Positions 29,061 to 38,797 are shown, counted from the stretch's first letter. The stretch: DNA of 64,000 bases from an uncultured Actinomycetes bacterium (GCA_963795795.1 CAWCJS010000005.1:134011-198010), one strand, 5' to 3'. Numbers and translations are program-made. The notes: generated from the letters alone by a model not told the origin.

Positions 29061-30658
29061 CACGCACCTCTTCCGCTGGTTGCGCTGGTTCCGCTGGCTC
29101 CGCCGCCTAGTTCGGGCGCACCGAACGCGGCGGCGAGGATCGCCGCTTCGGTCATGGCGTCGCCGTTGAGTTCGGCTACGATCCGGCCGCCGCGCATCAC
29201 TAGCACGCGGTGCGCGAGCCCGAGGATCTCCTCGGTGTCCGAGGAGATGAACAGCACGCCGAGGCCCTCGGCGGCGAGTTCCGTCAGCAGGTCGTAGATG
29301 GCGCGCTTCGCGCCGACGTCCACGCCCCTGGTCGGCTCGTCGGCGACTAGGACCCGCGGCCCGGCCAGCAGCATCCGGGCGAACAGCGCCTTCTGCTGGT
29401 TGCCGCCCGACAGCGTGGCGACCGGAGCTTGCTGCGCGGGAACGCGCACGCCGACCTGTTGGAGGACGTTCGCTACGGCCTGACGCTCTTTGCCGCGGCG
29501 GACCAGGCCGAGTTCGCTGAGGCGGCCCAGGCTGGCCAGGCTGACGTTCTCCCCGATCGGGCGGCCGAGCAGCAGGCCCTGCTCCTTGCGCGACTCGGGG
29601 ATCATGGCCAGGCCCTTCCGCAGCGCTGCGCGTGGGGTGCTGCCGCGGCCCGTTCTTGGGGCGCCGCGGCCGCGGGAGGCGGCGGCGAGCTGGTGGCCGG
29701 CGGTCGTCACCGTACCTTTGGTGATCCGCTGGGCCTGGCACAGGGCGCGGGCGAGCTCGGTCCGGCCCGAGCCCACGAGGCCGGCGAGGCCGACGATCTC
29801 GCCTTCTCTTACCTCCAGCGATACGTCGTACACCCCTGGTGCGTCGACTTCGCGCGCCTCGAGGAGCACTTTTGCTTGCGGCGTTACCGGGCGGCGGGCC
29901 GGGAACGCGGTGCCCAAGGACCGGCCGAGCATGGCGCTCAGCATCGTCTCCACGGTCTCCTGCGCGGCGGGGGCGGTGCGCACGAGGCGGCCGTCGCGCA
30001 GGATCGTGACCTCGTCGGCGAGTTCGGCCACTTCGCGGAGGAAGTGCGAGACCAGGACGACGGTGGTCCCGCCGGACGCCAGCCGCCTGATGACCTGGTG
30101 CAGCCGCTCGACGTCGGGCCTGGACAGGGCGGCCGTCGGCTCGTCCATGACGATCAGTTCCGCGTTCCGGCTCAGCGCGCGCAGGATCTCTACCTTCTGC
30201 TGGTCCGCCGTCTTGAGGGCGCGGCCTCTTCTGTCGCCGGGGAGCTCGAATCCGGCCGTGGCGGCGAGCTCGGCGTACCTTCTACGTAGGGCACGGCGCG
30301 CTACGAAGCCCGCCCGTTGCGGCTCCGTGCCCAGGAAGACGTTCTCTGCGACCGACAACGCCGGCACGGTGGACAGCTCCTGGGCGATCAGGACGATCCC
30401 CCTGGTGATGGCCTCCCGCGGGGAGTGGAACGTGACCGGCTCGCCTTCGATCAGCAGCTGGCCGCGATCGGGGGTGAGGACGCCCGAGATGATCTTCCCG
30501 AGCGTCGACTTGCCCGCCCCGTTCTCACCGACCAGCGCGTGGATCGATCCCCGGGTGATCTTGAGGCTGACCTCATCCAGGGCACGCACGCCGCCGAAGG
30601 ACTTGCTGATGTCCATCAGTTCGACGTGCGTGCCCTCGCGATCCGGGGGTTGGGGCAC
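29060..30658 (-). CDS. sugar ABC transporter ATP-binding protein (duplicated ABC domains, RbsA-like)
   Basis: Walker A GENGAGKST, signature LSGGNQQK, Walker B VLVADEPTRGVD and IVMDEPTAAL. Confidence 0.9.
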   Translation of the reverse strand: MPQPPDREGTHVELMDISKSFGGVRALDEVSLKITRGSIHALVGENGAGKSTLGKIISGVLTPDRGQLLIEGEPVTFHSPREAITRGIVLIAQELSTVPALSVAENVFLGTEPQRAGFVARRALRRRYAELAATAGFELPGDRRGRALKTADQQKVEILRALSRNAELIVMDEPTAALSRPDVERLHQVIRRLASGGTTVVLVSHFLREVAELADEVTILRDGRLVRTAPAAQETVETMLSAMLGRSLGTAFPARRPVTPQAKVLLEAREVDAPGVYDVSLEVREGEIVGLAGLVGSGRTELARALCQAQRITKGTVTTAGHQLAAASRGRGAPRTGRGSTPRAALRKGLAMIPESRKEQGLLLGRPIGENVSLASLGRLSELGLVRRGKERQAVANVLQQVGVRVPAQQAPVATLSGGNQQKALFARMLLAGPRVLVADEPTRGVDVGAKRAIYDLLTELAAEGLGVLFISSDTEEILGLAHRVLVMRGGRIVAELNGDAMTEAAILAAAFGAPELGGGASGTSATSGRGA

Positions 30659-30661
30659 GGG

Positions 30662-31720
30662 TCAGCCCGGCCACTCGGCGACGAACTGAGACACGTTGGC
30701 CTTGGTCACGATGCCGTTGTCAGGGAGTTGGGCTACCGGGTCGACGCCGCCGCTGTCGTGGCCCTCGCGCAGGGCCAGGACCAGCGCCTGCACGGCGAGG
30801 CGTCCTTCGCTGGCCGGGGCCTGGGCGACGTCGCCGTACCAGGCGCCGGACGCCACGCCCGCCAGCGCGGCGGCGCTCGCGCCGTAGCCGACCAGGATGA
30901 TCTTGCCGGTCAGGTGCTTGGCCGCCACGGCCTGAACGCCGCCCTCGATGCCCTGGTCAGACCCGACGATCAGGTTCAGGTCGGGCTTGGCCGTCAGCAT
31001 GTCCTGCACCGCGGTCAGCCCGACGGTGGGGCTGAAGAAGCTCTGGCCCTGCGCGACGACCTTCACCCCCGGGTCCGCCGCGATCGCCTTGTTGAACGCG
31101 CCGGAGATCGCCACGTCCAGCGCGGACGCCTTGATGTCGTAGAGGTAGCCGACGTTGCACGGGTTGAGGTTCTTCGACTGGCAGGCCTGGACCACCATGT
31201 TGCCGAGCTTGGTCCCGATCTCGGTCGGCACGAACATCACGTTGGCCGCCAGGCCCGCGACCTGGGGGGCGTCGGTGTTGTAGTTCGGGCCCAGGACCTG
31301 GTCCATGTTCACGACCTTGATGCCCTTGGCGATCGCCTGCTGGACCAGGGAGATCAGCCCGGTGCCGAAGATCGGCTGCAGGACGATGCCGTCGTACTGA
31401 CCCGAGGTGATGACGTCCTGGAGCTGTGAGAACTGCGTCTGCGGGCTGTTGTTCGCGTCGAAGACCTTGAGCGTCGCGTTGTTGTCGCTCGCCACGGCCT
31501 CCGCCGCCGCGAGCATCGGCGCGTCGTAGCTGTTCTCTACGGCGAAGGAGAGGTAGGCGATGTTCAGGTGCTTGGTCGAGGACGCGTTCGCGGAGCTTGA
31601 TGAGCTTGCGGAGCTAGACGAGCTCGAGGAGCTAGAGCTGCAGGCCGCGAGCATGAGCCCCGCGGTCGCCATGGCTACGCCGCGGCGCCAGTGCCGCGAC
31701 AGGAATGGGATGGGTTGCAC
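30662..31720 (-). CDS. sugar ABC transporter substrate-binding lipoprotein (periplasmic-binding-protein type I)
   Basis: Signal peptide plus lipobox LMLAAC, followed by a poly-Ser linker (SSSSSSSSSASSSSS). RbsB-like body. Confidence 0.85.
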   Translation of the reverse strand: MQPIPFLSRHWRRGVAMATAGLMLAACSSSSSSSSSSASSSSSANASSTKHLNIAYLSFAVENSYDAPMLAAAEAVASDNNATLKVFDANNSPQTQFSQLQDVITSGQYDGIVLQPIFGTGLISLVQQAIAKGIKVVNMDQVLGPNYNTDAPQVAGLAANVMFVPTEIGTKLGNMVVQACQSKNLNPCNVGYLYDIKASALDVAISGAFNKAIAADPGVKVVAQGQSFFSPTVGLTAVQDMLTAKPDLNLIVGSDQGIEGGVQAVAAKHLTGKIILVGYGASAAALAGVASGAWYGDVAQAPASEGRLAVQALVLALREGHDSGGVDPVAQLPDNGIVTKANVSQFVAEWPG

Positions 31721-31822
31721 GGCCAGACTCCTTAGTCCTTTTGTCCTTTTGTCCTTTTGTCCTTAGGACTGATCCGTGACGGCCGGCCGCGGGACGCTCC
31801 AGCCGTCGGGTGGTGAGCAGTG

Positions 31823-32816
31823 TCAGGTGCGAAACCAGGGTCGGCCCGTGGCGCCCTTGGTCTGGGCTTCGAGGCGCTGCCATGGTCCGGTCCAGCGGTA
31901 GGAATAGCGGCCGGGCGGCTGCGGGGCCTGGGTTTCGATCCAGCGCACCCGCCCGCTGCCCGTGTTGTAGAAGCCGTGCGTCGAGCCGACGCCGGCGAAC
32001 AGGACATCGCCCGCGCCGAGCTTATAGGCGATGCCGTCGAGTTCTGCGTCAATCTCCCCCTCGAGGAAGAAGTACGCCTCCTCGAAGGGGTGGTCGTGAG
32101 CTTGCGCGGCCCCGCCCGGCTCATAGTCGACCATGAACATCACGAGCAGCTCGGCGCCCAGGCCGCGGTCGACCATCATCTTGACCGAGATCCCGCTGTA
32201 GGCGAGCAGGGCGGTGTCCATACCGGCCGGTTCCCGGTCCCTGACCCGGCTATCCACGCGCAGCGCCTCCTGCTGGGGCGGCGTGCCGGCGTAGTGACCG
32301 AGGTACCGGCTGACCGGGCTAGGCAAACTGACGGGCCGCGGTTCGATGGCCGCTGGTTCCTGTGGTTCCTGTGGTTCCTGTGGTTCCTTGGTTGGCGGGC
32401 AGGAAGAAGGTGTCGCCTGGGCGCTGGCCGGGCGGGCGGCGCTGTGGCGTGCTGTGTCCAAGCAGGCGGGCTTGCTCGCCGGCGGGGTTCGCCCAGCCGT
32501 GCGGCATCCCGATGGGCAGCAGCGCGTAATCGCCGGCGCGCAACTGATGGTGGTGGCCGTCGATGTTCAGTACCGGAGTGCCGGCCAGGACGTAGACGGC
32601 CGACTCGAAGGAGTGCAGGTGCAGGCCGGTCCAGCCGCCCGGCTCGAGCTTGCTGATCGACAGGTCGGTGTGCACCGCGCCGGTGTGGCTGCCCACCAGG
32701 GAAGAACTCGAGTAGCCTTCCGCGGACCCGGCGTAGCCCGCGGGCGGCTCCGAGAAGGCCCAGTCGACGCGCCCGACGTAGTGCATGCCGCGTCTCCTCG
32801 CCTGATCGACCTGCAC
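31823..32816 (-). pseudogene. bicupin protein of unknown function, frame broken near 32395 in the inter-domain linker
   Basis: The N-terminal cupin (GLHLHSFESAVYVLAG...LLPIGMPHGW) is in one frame. The linker (EPQ)n and the C-terminal cupin (QAHDHPFEEAYFFLEGE...GVGSTHGFYN) are in the +1 frame. Confidence 0.65.
32355..32390. repeat. 9-bp tandem repeat x4 (GGTTCCTGT), encoding the (EPQ)n linker of the bicupin
   Basis: Three perfect copies and one imperfect copy, read directly from the sequence. Confidence 0.9.
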
Positions 32817-32994
32817 ACTCAGCCGTACTGGACGATGAGCCCAGGCGAGGCTGGAGTTTTAGCCATATTAAATAAATAGGCCAAGATCACTACACACTTT
32901 GCGGGACACGGGTAAGTAACGTTTAACTTCGTTGACAGTGACCAGCGCCTGGGTGGTGTGCGTGGGCTCGGTGTGGGGCGGGTATGGGGCGGGT

Positions 32995-33588
32995 CTAGCG
33001 CGGGCGGTTGATGATGACCCAGATCGCCCGGGCGGGCACGTCTCCCGCGTTCCAGAACCGGTGCGGGATCGTGGAGTCGAACGTCAGGGAGTCGCCTACC
33101 TCGAGGACGTAGCGATCGAACCCGATCTGCGTGGAAAGAGCACCCTCGATGATGACCGCGTACTCCTGGCCGGTGTGCTGGATGGCGTGCTCGGCCTCGG
33201 GCACGCTCTCCCCCACGCCGTAGCACACCTCGAGGAACTCCACTTCTTTCCCGGCGGTGGCGGTGAGCCTCTCCCAGACGACGCCACGCTCCAGCGTGAT
33301 CCGCGGTCGGGCGTTCCGCCGGAGCACGGGTCGGCCGTCGTCGGTCTCCTCCACGGCCGGCGTGTCGTCCCCGGCACCGGCCGGGGCGTCCTGGGCCGGG
33401 TCGAACAGCCGGTCCATCGAGATCCGCAGCGCGGTGACCAGCGCCCAGAGCGTACTTACCGAGGGAACGGCCCGGCCCCGCTCCACCTGAGAGATCAGGC
33501 TGGGCGAGCAGTCCACCCGGCGGGCGAGCTCGCGGGCCGTCATGCCGAGTTCCATTCTGCGGTCGCGCAGCCTCGGGCCGATGAGCAT
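32995..33588 (-). CDS. XRE-family transcriptional regulator with a C-terminal cupin sensor domain
   Basis: IGPRLRDRRMELGMTARELARRVDCSPSLISQVERG HTH, and a C-terminal cupin HTGQEYAVIIEGAL...IPHRFWN. The start is uncertain (33588 preferred; 33654 and 33726 are possible). Confidence 0.8.
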   Translation of the reverse strand: MLIGPRLRDRRMELGMTARELARRVDCSPSLISQVERGRAVPSVSTLWALVTALRISMDRLFDPAQDAPAGAGDDTPAVEETDDGRPVLRRNARPRITLERGVVWERLTATAGKEVEFLEVCYGVGESVPEAEHAIQHTGQEYAVIIEGALSTQIGFDRYVLEVGDSLTFDSTIPHRFWNAGDVPARAIWVIINRPR

Positions 33589-33840
33589 GCCGCGATCGAG
33601 TGAGGGAGGTTCGGCGGTTCCTTCCGCGATCACTCGTGGGGCCACGCATGCCATCCTACCGGCGCGTAAACCAGCCGCCCTGGTCCGCGGCTGTCGCTCG
33701 CGTAAAAAAGTTAAACACTGCTTCACGTGGTGATCGGTTCTGACGTATCGATGGCTTTGGGTGTGACTTGGGGCATGGTTGCCCGCTCCTGAGTTGGCGC
33801 GGTCTAATCAGGTCAGATCGTCGGCTCGGGGAGGACAGCT

Positions 33841-35526
33841 GTGGGTGGCGATTCCGGCGGCCGCCGCCTGCACGCCTTCCGCTCGCTGGCGGGCAACCGG
33901 GTGCTGGTGCGCGTCCTCGGCGGGTACGCCCTGTTCATCCTCACCGAATACGCGGTCTGGCTCGCGATGATCATCTACGCCTACAGCCACGGCGGCGCCA
34001 CGACCGCCGGGCTGGTGGCGGTGGTGCAGTTGGTGCCCGCGGCGGTGCTGGCGCCGGTCGCGGCGGCCGTCGCAGACCGGCGGTCACCGGTGCTCCTGCT
34101 CGCCGGAGGGTACCTGGCGCTGGCGGTGGTGGTGGGCGGGATCACCGCCGCGGTCTTGCTCGACGCGCCGTTGGCGGCGTACGGGTGCGCCGCGGTCGCC
34201 TTTGTCGCTGTGACCACCACTCGCCCGGCGCAGTCGGCGGTCATCCCGTCGGTGGCCGTGACCGCCGACCAGCTCACCGCGGCGAACGTGGTCGTGAGCT
34301 GGCTCGAGGCGGCCGGCGTGGTCGTGGCCGGGCTGCTGACCGGGGTGCTGATCTCGCTGGCCGGCCTGGCGAGCGTATTCGCCGTGTGCGCGGGTCTGAC
34401 CGTGGGTGCCCTGCTCCTGGTCGCCGGGCTCCGGGTGCCGACGCTGGCGGCCGCCCCAGAGGAGGGCCGTCCCTCGGTGCTGGCCGGGCTGGCGGAGGGG
34501 CTGCGGCTGGCGGTCGGGCGGCCGCGGCTGCGGCTGATGCTGGCCCTGCTGACGGCGGAAGCCATCGTGTCGGGTGCGCTGGACCTGCTGATCGTCATCC
34601 TCGCGATTGGAGTGCTGCACCGCTCGGAGGCGTGGGCCGGGTACTTGAACGGCGCGTGGGGCGTGGGGGCGCTGCTGGCCGCCACCGCGAGCGCGGTGCT
34701 GATCGGCCGTCGGCTGGGGGTGCCGATCCTGGCGGCCGCCCTCATGCTCAGCGTCGTGGTCGCAGCCCTCTCGTTCGGTCTCGGCTTGGGGGGGACGGTC
34801 GCCCTCCTCGCCGTCGCTGGGGCGGCCAGCACCATGCTGAACGTCGCCCTGCGCTCGATGCTGCAGCGTTCGGTTCCGCCGCAGCTGATGGGCCGGATCT
34901 TCGGCGTCCTCGAGGGGCTCATGTTTGCCGGGTACGCCGTGGGAGCGTTGCTCGTCCCCTTGCTCGTGCACCTAGGTGGTAACCGGCTCGCACTGCTCGG
35001 GAGCGCGGTCGTCATGCCGCTGGCGGCCGCCGTCGGCGGGCGGGCCCTGTTCGCCCTGGACGCGGGGGTTCCGGTGCCGGTGGTGGAGATCGCGCTGCTG
35101 CGCTCGCTACCGTTGTTCGGCGAACTGCCTGCCCCCGCGATCGAAGGCCTCGCCGCGGCCCTGACCCTGGTTCGCCTGCCAGCCGGTGGGGTCCTGATCG
35201 AGCAGGGTGACCAGGGGGATGCGTATTACGCCGTCGCCTCCGGCGAGCTCGATGCCCTGCAGGACGGGCATTTCCTGCGACGCGTTGGACGCGGCGAGGG
35301 GGTAGGGGAAATCGCCCTGCTTCGCGCCATCCCGCGCACGGCCAGCGTGGTCGCCCACACGGATGCAGCCGTTTATGAGCTGAACCGGGACCTGTTCCTG
35401 ACTGCGGTGGTGGGCCACGCCGCTACCCAGCGACGGGCGGACCACATCGCCGATGCGCGTTTGGCCACTGGTGGCGCTCCTGATGGCGACGGGGCCGCGG
35501 GGACCGCCGCGGCGGAGCCGGGCTAG
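33841..35526 (+). CDS. MFS transporter fused to a C-terminal cyclic-nucleotide-binding (CAP-effector) domain
   Basis: About 400 aa with 12 TM-like segments, then LLRSLPLFGELPAPAIEGLA...GDQGDAYYAVASGEL...GEGVGEIALLRAIPRTASV, which is the cNMP-binding signature. Confidence 0.8.
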   Translation: MGGDSGGRRLHAFRSLAGNRVLVRVLGGYALFILTEYAVWLAMIIYAYSHGGATTAGLVAVVQLVPAAVLAPVAAAVADRRSPVLLLAGGYLALAVVVGGITAAVLLDAPLAAYGCAAVAFVAVTTTRPAQSAVIPSVAVTADQLTAANVVVSWLEAAGVVVAGLLTGVLISLAGLASVFAVCAGLTVGALLLVAGLRVPTLAAAPEEGRPSVLAGLAEGLRLAVGRPRLRLMLALLTAEAIVSGALDLLIVILAIGVLHRSEAWAGYLNGAWGVGALLAATASAVLIGRRLGVPILAAALMLSVVVAALSFGLGLGGTVALLAVAGAASTMLNVALRSMLQRSVPPQLMGRIFGVLEGLMFAGYAVGALLVPLLVHLGGNRLALLGSAVVMPLAAAVGGRALFALDAGVPVPVVEIALLRSLPLFGELPAPAIEGLAAALTLVRLPAGGVLIEQGDQGDAYYAVASGELDALQDGHFLRRVGRGEGVGEIALLRAIPRTASVVAHTDAAVYELNRDLFLTAVVGHAATQRRADHIADARLATGGAPDGDGAAGTAAAEPG

Positions 35527-35786
35527 GTCTACTTCAGCGGCGTTGCTGCTCGGTTCACTCCGGTCCGGCGGCGGGTCCAGCGGATCGTGAATCGCCGGTT
35601 TCACCCGGCCCGATAAGACGCTGACCTGATGATGGCCGTGTTCGTCGGCCACTTAAGGACGCCGTGGACCTAGACATGATTCACGGCGACCTCGCTGCCG
35701 TCGTGTCGAGGGCGCACTGGAGCCCGCTCACATCTCGTGATGGATGAGCGAAGGCGGATGAAATTCCGCCCGGTAGTGGGCCCCTC

Positions 35787-35820
35787 CCCCGCGGCGAGTT
35801 GGTTGCAGCTCGCCGCGGGG
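35787..35820. terminator. strong hairpin just downstream of the HNH gene stop
   Basis: CCCCGCGGCGAG - 10-nt loop - CTCGCCGCGGGG is a perfect 12-bp stem. It starts 12 nt from the stop at 35832. Confidence 0.5.
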
Positions 35821-35831
35821 TTAGGGATGTT

Positions 35832-37581
35832 TCAGGTTTCGGGGTCCTGCCCTGCGGTGGTGGCGGGCGGGCTGGGTCCGGGGGGCGGGCTGGGTCCGGG
35901 GGGCGGGCTGGGTCCGGGTGGCGGGCTGTGGCTGCGGATGATCTTCCGTGCCGGGCTGCTGTCGACCTCGCTGGTCCCGTCCGGGTGGACGGTGAGCTGC
36001 CAGCCCATCTCGTGCAACACCACGTGATGGTGCCACCAACAATAGTTCTTCAGGCCCGCCAGGCTGGTGTGCCCGCCGTCCTGGCGGTGCACCACATGAT
36101 GCGGCTCACACGCGGACGCGGGCTGGTCACACCCGCCCGGGAACTGGCACGTCTGGTCCCGCAGGGCCACCAGCCGCCGCAGGTGGACGGGGATGTCGTC
36201 GGTCTGCCCGACGTCCAGCGGCAGCGAGGGGCCGTTCAATCCCTTGCCGAGCAGGTTCCGGCGCAGGAAGGAGGCGACGCCGCCGGGGCCGGAGACGATC
36301 TGCAGGACGGTGGCCAGGATCTGGTGCTCCAGCATGGCCAGCACCTGCGCCGCCCGCCCGGCGTGGCCCGCCTGCTCGGCCTGGGCGCTGGGGTTGAGGT
36401 CGGATCCGGCCTCGGTGACTGCGCCGCCGCCAGCGCCGGTGCCCAGGTCGGCGTCCGCGCCGCCGCCGGTGTCGGTGTCGGTGCCGCGCGTCCGTGCAGC
36501 CGCCGGTGCCGGTTTGGTCCGCTGCCTGCCGGCGCAGGTGCTCGTACTGCACGCACAGCCCGATTAGCTGCTCCACCGCGCCCAGGTCCAGATCGCCGAT
36601 GACCACGGGGACCAGGATCGCGTCGCACGCCACCCGGCGGGCCGCATCGCCCTCCAGCCAGGCCCCGCCGTCCCCCGTGCTCACCGACGCCGCCGCCCGC
36701 TGGCCCGCCCACCGCGCCCGATACCCGGCGATCCACGCCTCCTGCAACTTGGAATCCACATCCAGCTCACACAGATCGGCGAACGACATGTGGACCAGCG
36801 CCTTGACCGGCTGCCCGGCCCGCTGCGGCAGCAGACCGGACGCCAGCAGCCGCTTCATCGCCTCGGCGAGCGCGTCGTGGTAGCGCTGCGGCCGGGTCCG
36901 CAGGTCCCCGCCGCCGGCCGGGGCCGACAGCGCGTCCAGCACCGCCTGCACCATCGCGGCGCACTCCGGCGTGAGGTCGCCGCGGACGACCCCGGCCCCG
37001 TCCAGGGTCGTATCCAGGAACAGCGCCCGGTCCAGCGCCGGATCCCTCCCGTCCGGATCCGGCGGCACGGTCCGGGACCGGATCTCCGCGCAGATCTGCG
37101 CCAGCGCCCGCAGGTCCGCCCCGGCCCGCGCGGCGGCGACGAGGATCTCCTCCGCCTGGGCCCGGAACTCCGCCGGGATCTGCCGGGTCCACTTGGCCAG
37201 CTGCAGCGCCTGCGACTTGGTGAGCGCCCCAGAGCGGAGCCCGGCCAGCAGCGGCTCATGATCGCGGGGCAGGGCCCGCATGGCCTTGTACTGGGCGGCC
37301 TGCGCCCGGGTCACCCGGCCCATGTGCACCAGCCAGGCTCCCAGGGTCTTCTGCCCGTCGCCCTGGTGCCCGTCCTGGGCGTCAAAGGCGGCCAGCATCC
37401 GGGCCCACGCCACCGCCCAGACCGCGTCGGCCTGCTCCATCCCCTGCAAGAGCCCGGCCAGCGCCGCGGCCGGCAGGCTCGCCGCGTCCAGGTCGGCTAG
37501 GTGGCCGGCCAGGGCCTGGAGCTGCTTTAGGGTGTCGGCCGCGCTCGGCGGGCCTGTCGTCGTGCACATGTGCTGTCTCAC
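35832..37581 (-). pseudogene. DUF222 / HNH endonuclease protein (REP13E12-like family), frame broken near 36487
   Basis: The N-terminal DUF222-type helical region is in one frame. After ...GTGGCTDA the frame shifts and continues GTDTDTGGGADADLG...VLAMLEHQ... to the HNH motif CQFPGGCDQPASACEPHHVVHRQDGGHTSLAGLKNYCWWHHH. Confidence 0.75.
35867..35931. repeat. 18-bp tandem repeat x3.5, encoding (PPPGPS)n at the HNH protein C-terminus
   Basis: GCGGGCTGGGTCCGGGGG repeated head-to-tail. Confidence 0.85.
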
Positions 37582-37777
37582 CTCCCCCGAGGCTCAGTTC
37601 AGACAGTCTGCGCGCCAACTCCGATCCCTGGAGGGATCTTCGTCTTTATTTTCTAATATGACTCTAACAGCTGCCCCTGACATTTTCGGGACGACACACC
37701 CAAACTATTCGATATATTTCCGACCTGCCCGGCCGAGCGCCGCAGATGCCCGCCGGGACACGACCCCGCGGACCGCG

Positions 37778-37825
37778 CATCCGGGTGTCCCCGGCTCAAG
37801 GGAACGGAGCGGGGACACCCGGATG
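37778..37825. terminator. 16-bp perfect-stem hairpin downstream of the lipoprotein gene
   Basis: CATCCGGGTGTCCCCG - 16-nt loop - CGGGGACACCCGGATG lies 60 nt past the stop at 37886-37888 (minus strand). Confidence 0.5.
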
Positions 37826-37885
37826 GTGGTGCTGCGGAGTGGTTCGCTGACTGTGGGGGGGGTTTGGGTTGGCTGGGGCTGTTGG

Positions 37886-38375
37886 TTAGGCGACGGTGAT
37901 GTTGGAGGCGCGGAGCGCGGTGTACCAGGCGGTGTAGTCCTGGGGGGTGGTGCCGTAGCGGGCGCCGGGCTGGAGCATGCTGGCGACGGTGATGAAGTCG
38001 TTCAGCATGCTCACGTAGGCGGCCCGGTGGACGGCGGGGAGCAGGGCCGGGTTCGCGAGGATGGTGCGGGCCTCGGTGCGGACGGTGCGGGCGGCGGCTT
38101 CGAAGACCAGGTGGTTGGCGACGGTGGTGGCCTGGTTCTCGATGACCAGGGCGGAGGCCAGGGCATCGACGTCCTGGTTGAAGGTGACCTGGGCCTGTCC
38201 GCCGGGGGAGGTGAGCCAGCGCAGCGACGGGTCGGCGGCCAGGGCGTGAGCCGGGACGGCCGCGGTGCGGGCGGCCGGGCGCGTGCGCGGCGGGGGCGGT
38301 GGTGTGGTGGGTGATGCCGCAGCCGGCGAGCAGGGCGACGGTGGCGAGGGCGCCGGCGAGGCTGGTGAGCTTCAT
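37886..38375 (-). pseudogene. small secreted lipoprotein of unknown function, frame broken near 38282
   Basis: MKLTSLAGALATVALLAGCG (signal plus lipobox) with GGAGGACGACACC upstream. After about 35 aa the listed frame becomes Arg/Pro/His junk. The adjacent frame reads a plausible protein, AVPAHALAADPSLRWLTSPGGQAQVTFNQDVDALASALVIENQ...ALRASNITVA, ending in a stop. Confidence 0.6.
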
Positions 38376-38600
38376 GGTGTCGTCCTCCGGTCTGGCCGCC
38401 GCTTTTGGCTGCTGAGATCAGCTTGTTTCGCGGGGGTAGCGGCGCGGTTTGCCGGAAAGTTGCAGGCCGGTTGCAGATGCAAACGATTGTCGCAACGAGC
38501 GCGTCACAGGTTAGGACAATAGGCAGAAAACAGTCATTACGGAATAGGCACACGGACACCGTGAGAGCACCGGGCGCAGCGCAAGACGCGGCTGGGCGTC

Positions 38601-38797
38601 GGATCAGTCAGGCGGTGGATCAGGGATGCGGCGAGGGACCTGGCCAGGGACGCGGCTGGAGGGGGCGGATCAGTCAGGCGATCGATTAGCGATGCGGCGA
38701 GAGATCTGGCCAGGAGACCGGACTGGGGATCGGATCAGTCAGGTGATTGATCAGGGATACGGCGAGGGAGCTGGCCAGGAGTTGGCGCGGCCAGCCG
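38601..38797. repeat. three tandem copies of a 65-66-bp unit, intergenic
   Basis: Units start at 38601, 38667 and 38732. Each begins GGATCAGTCAGG(C/T)G(G/A)T(G/C/T)GAT(C/T)AG(G/C)GAT(G/A)CGGCGAG(G/A)GA.CTGGCCAGG, followed by about 17 variable nt. Confidence 0.85.

Noticed and set aside
29590-29720. Possible compensating double frameshift in the ABC ATPase (odd segment AASRGRGAPRTGRGSTPRAALRKG)
   Set aside because: The segment looks atypical for the inter-domain region of RbsA-like proteins. However, the ORF is continuous, and I could not read a better alternative frame by eye. I have left it as a normal CDS.
29061-29741. Upstream extension of the ABC permease ORF, and extension of the citryl-CoA lyase ORF (22363..22749)
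   Set aside because: The extensions overlap the preceding well-supported genes (ABC ATPase, CoA-transferase) and are compositionally junk. Internal ATGs at 29060 and 22362 give stop/start overlaps typical of coupled operon genes.
33768-34982. 404-aa alternative-frame ORF over the MFS-cNMP gene, and other Arg/Gly-rich overlapping ORFs in 33.8-35.0 kb
   Set aside because: The frame starting at 33841 gives 12 TM-like segments and a cNMP-binding domain. The alternative frames are poly-Arg/Gly/Ala junk.
38601-38797. Possible CRISPR array (regularly spaced repeats)
   Set aside because: There are only three units. The conserved part (about 48 nt) is longer than the variable part (about 17 nt), and the variable parts are partly related to each other. 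No cas genes are present. This is a minisatellite-type tandem repeat, not repeat-spacer architecture.
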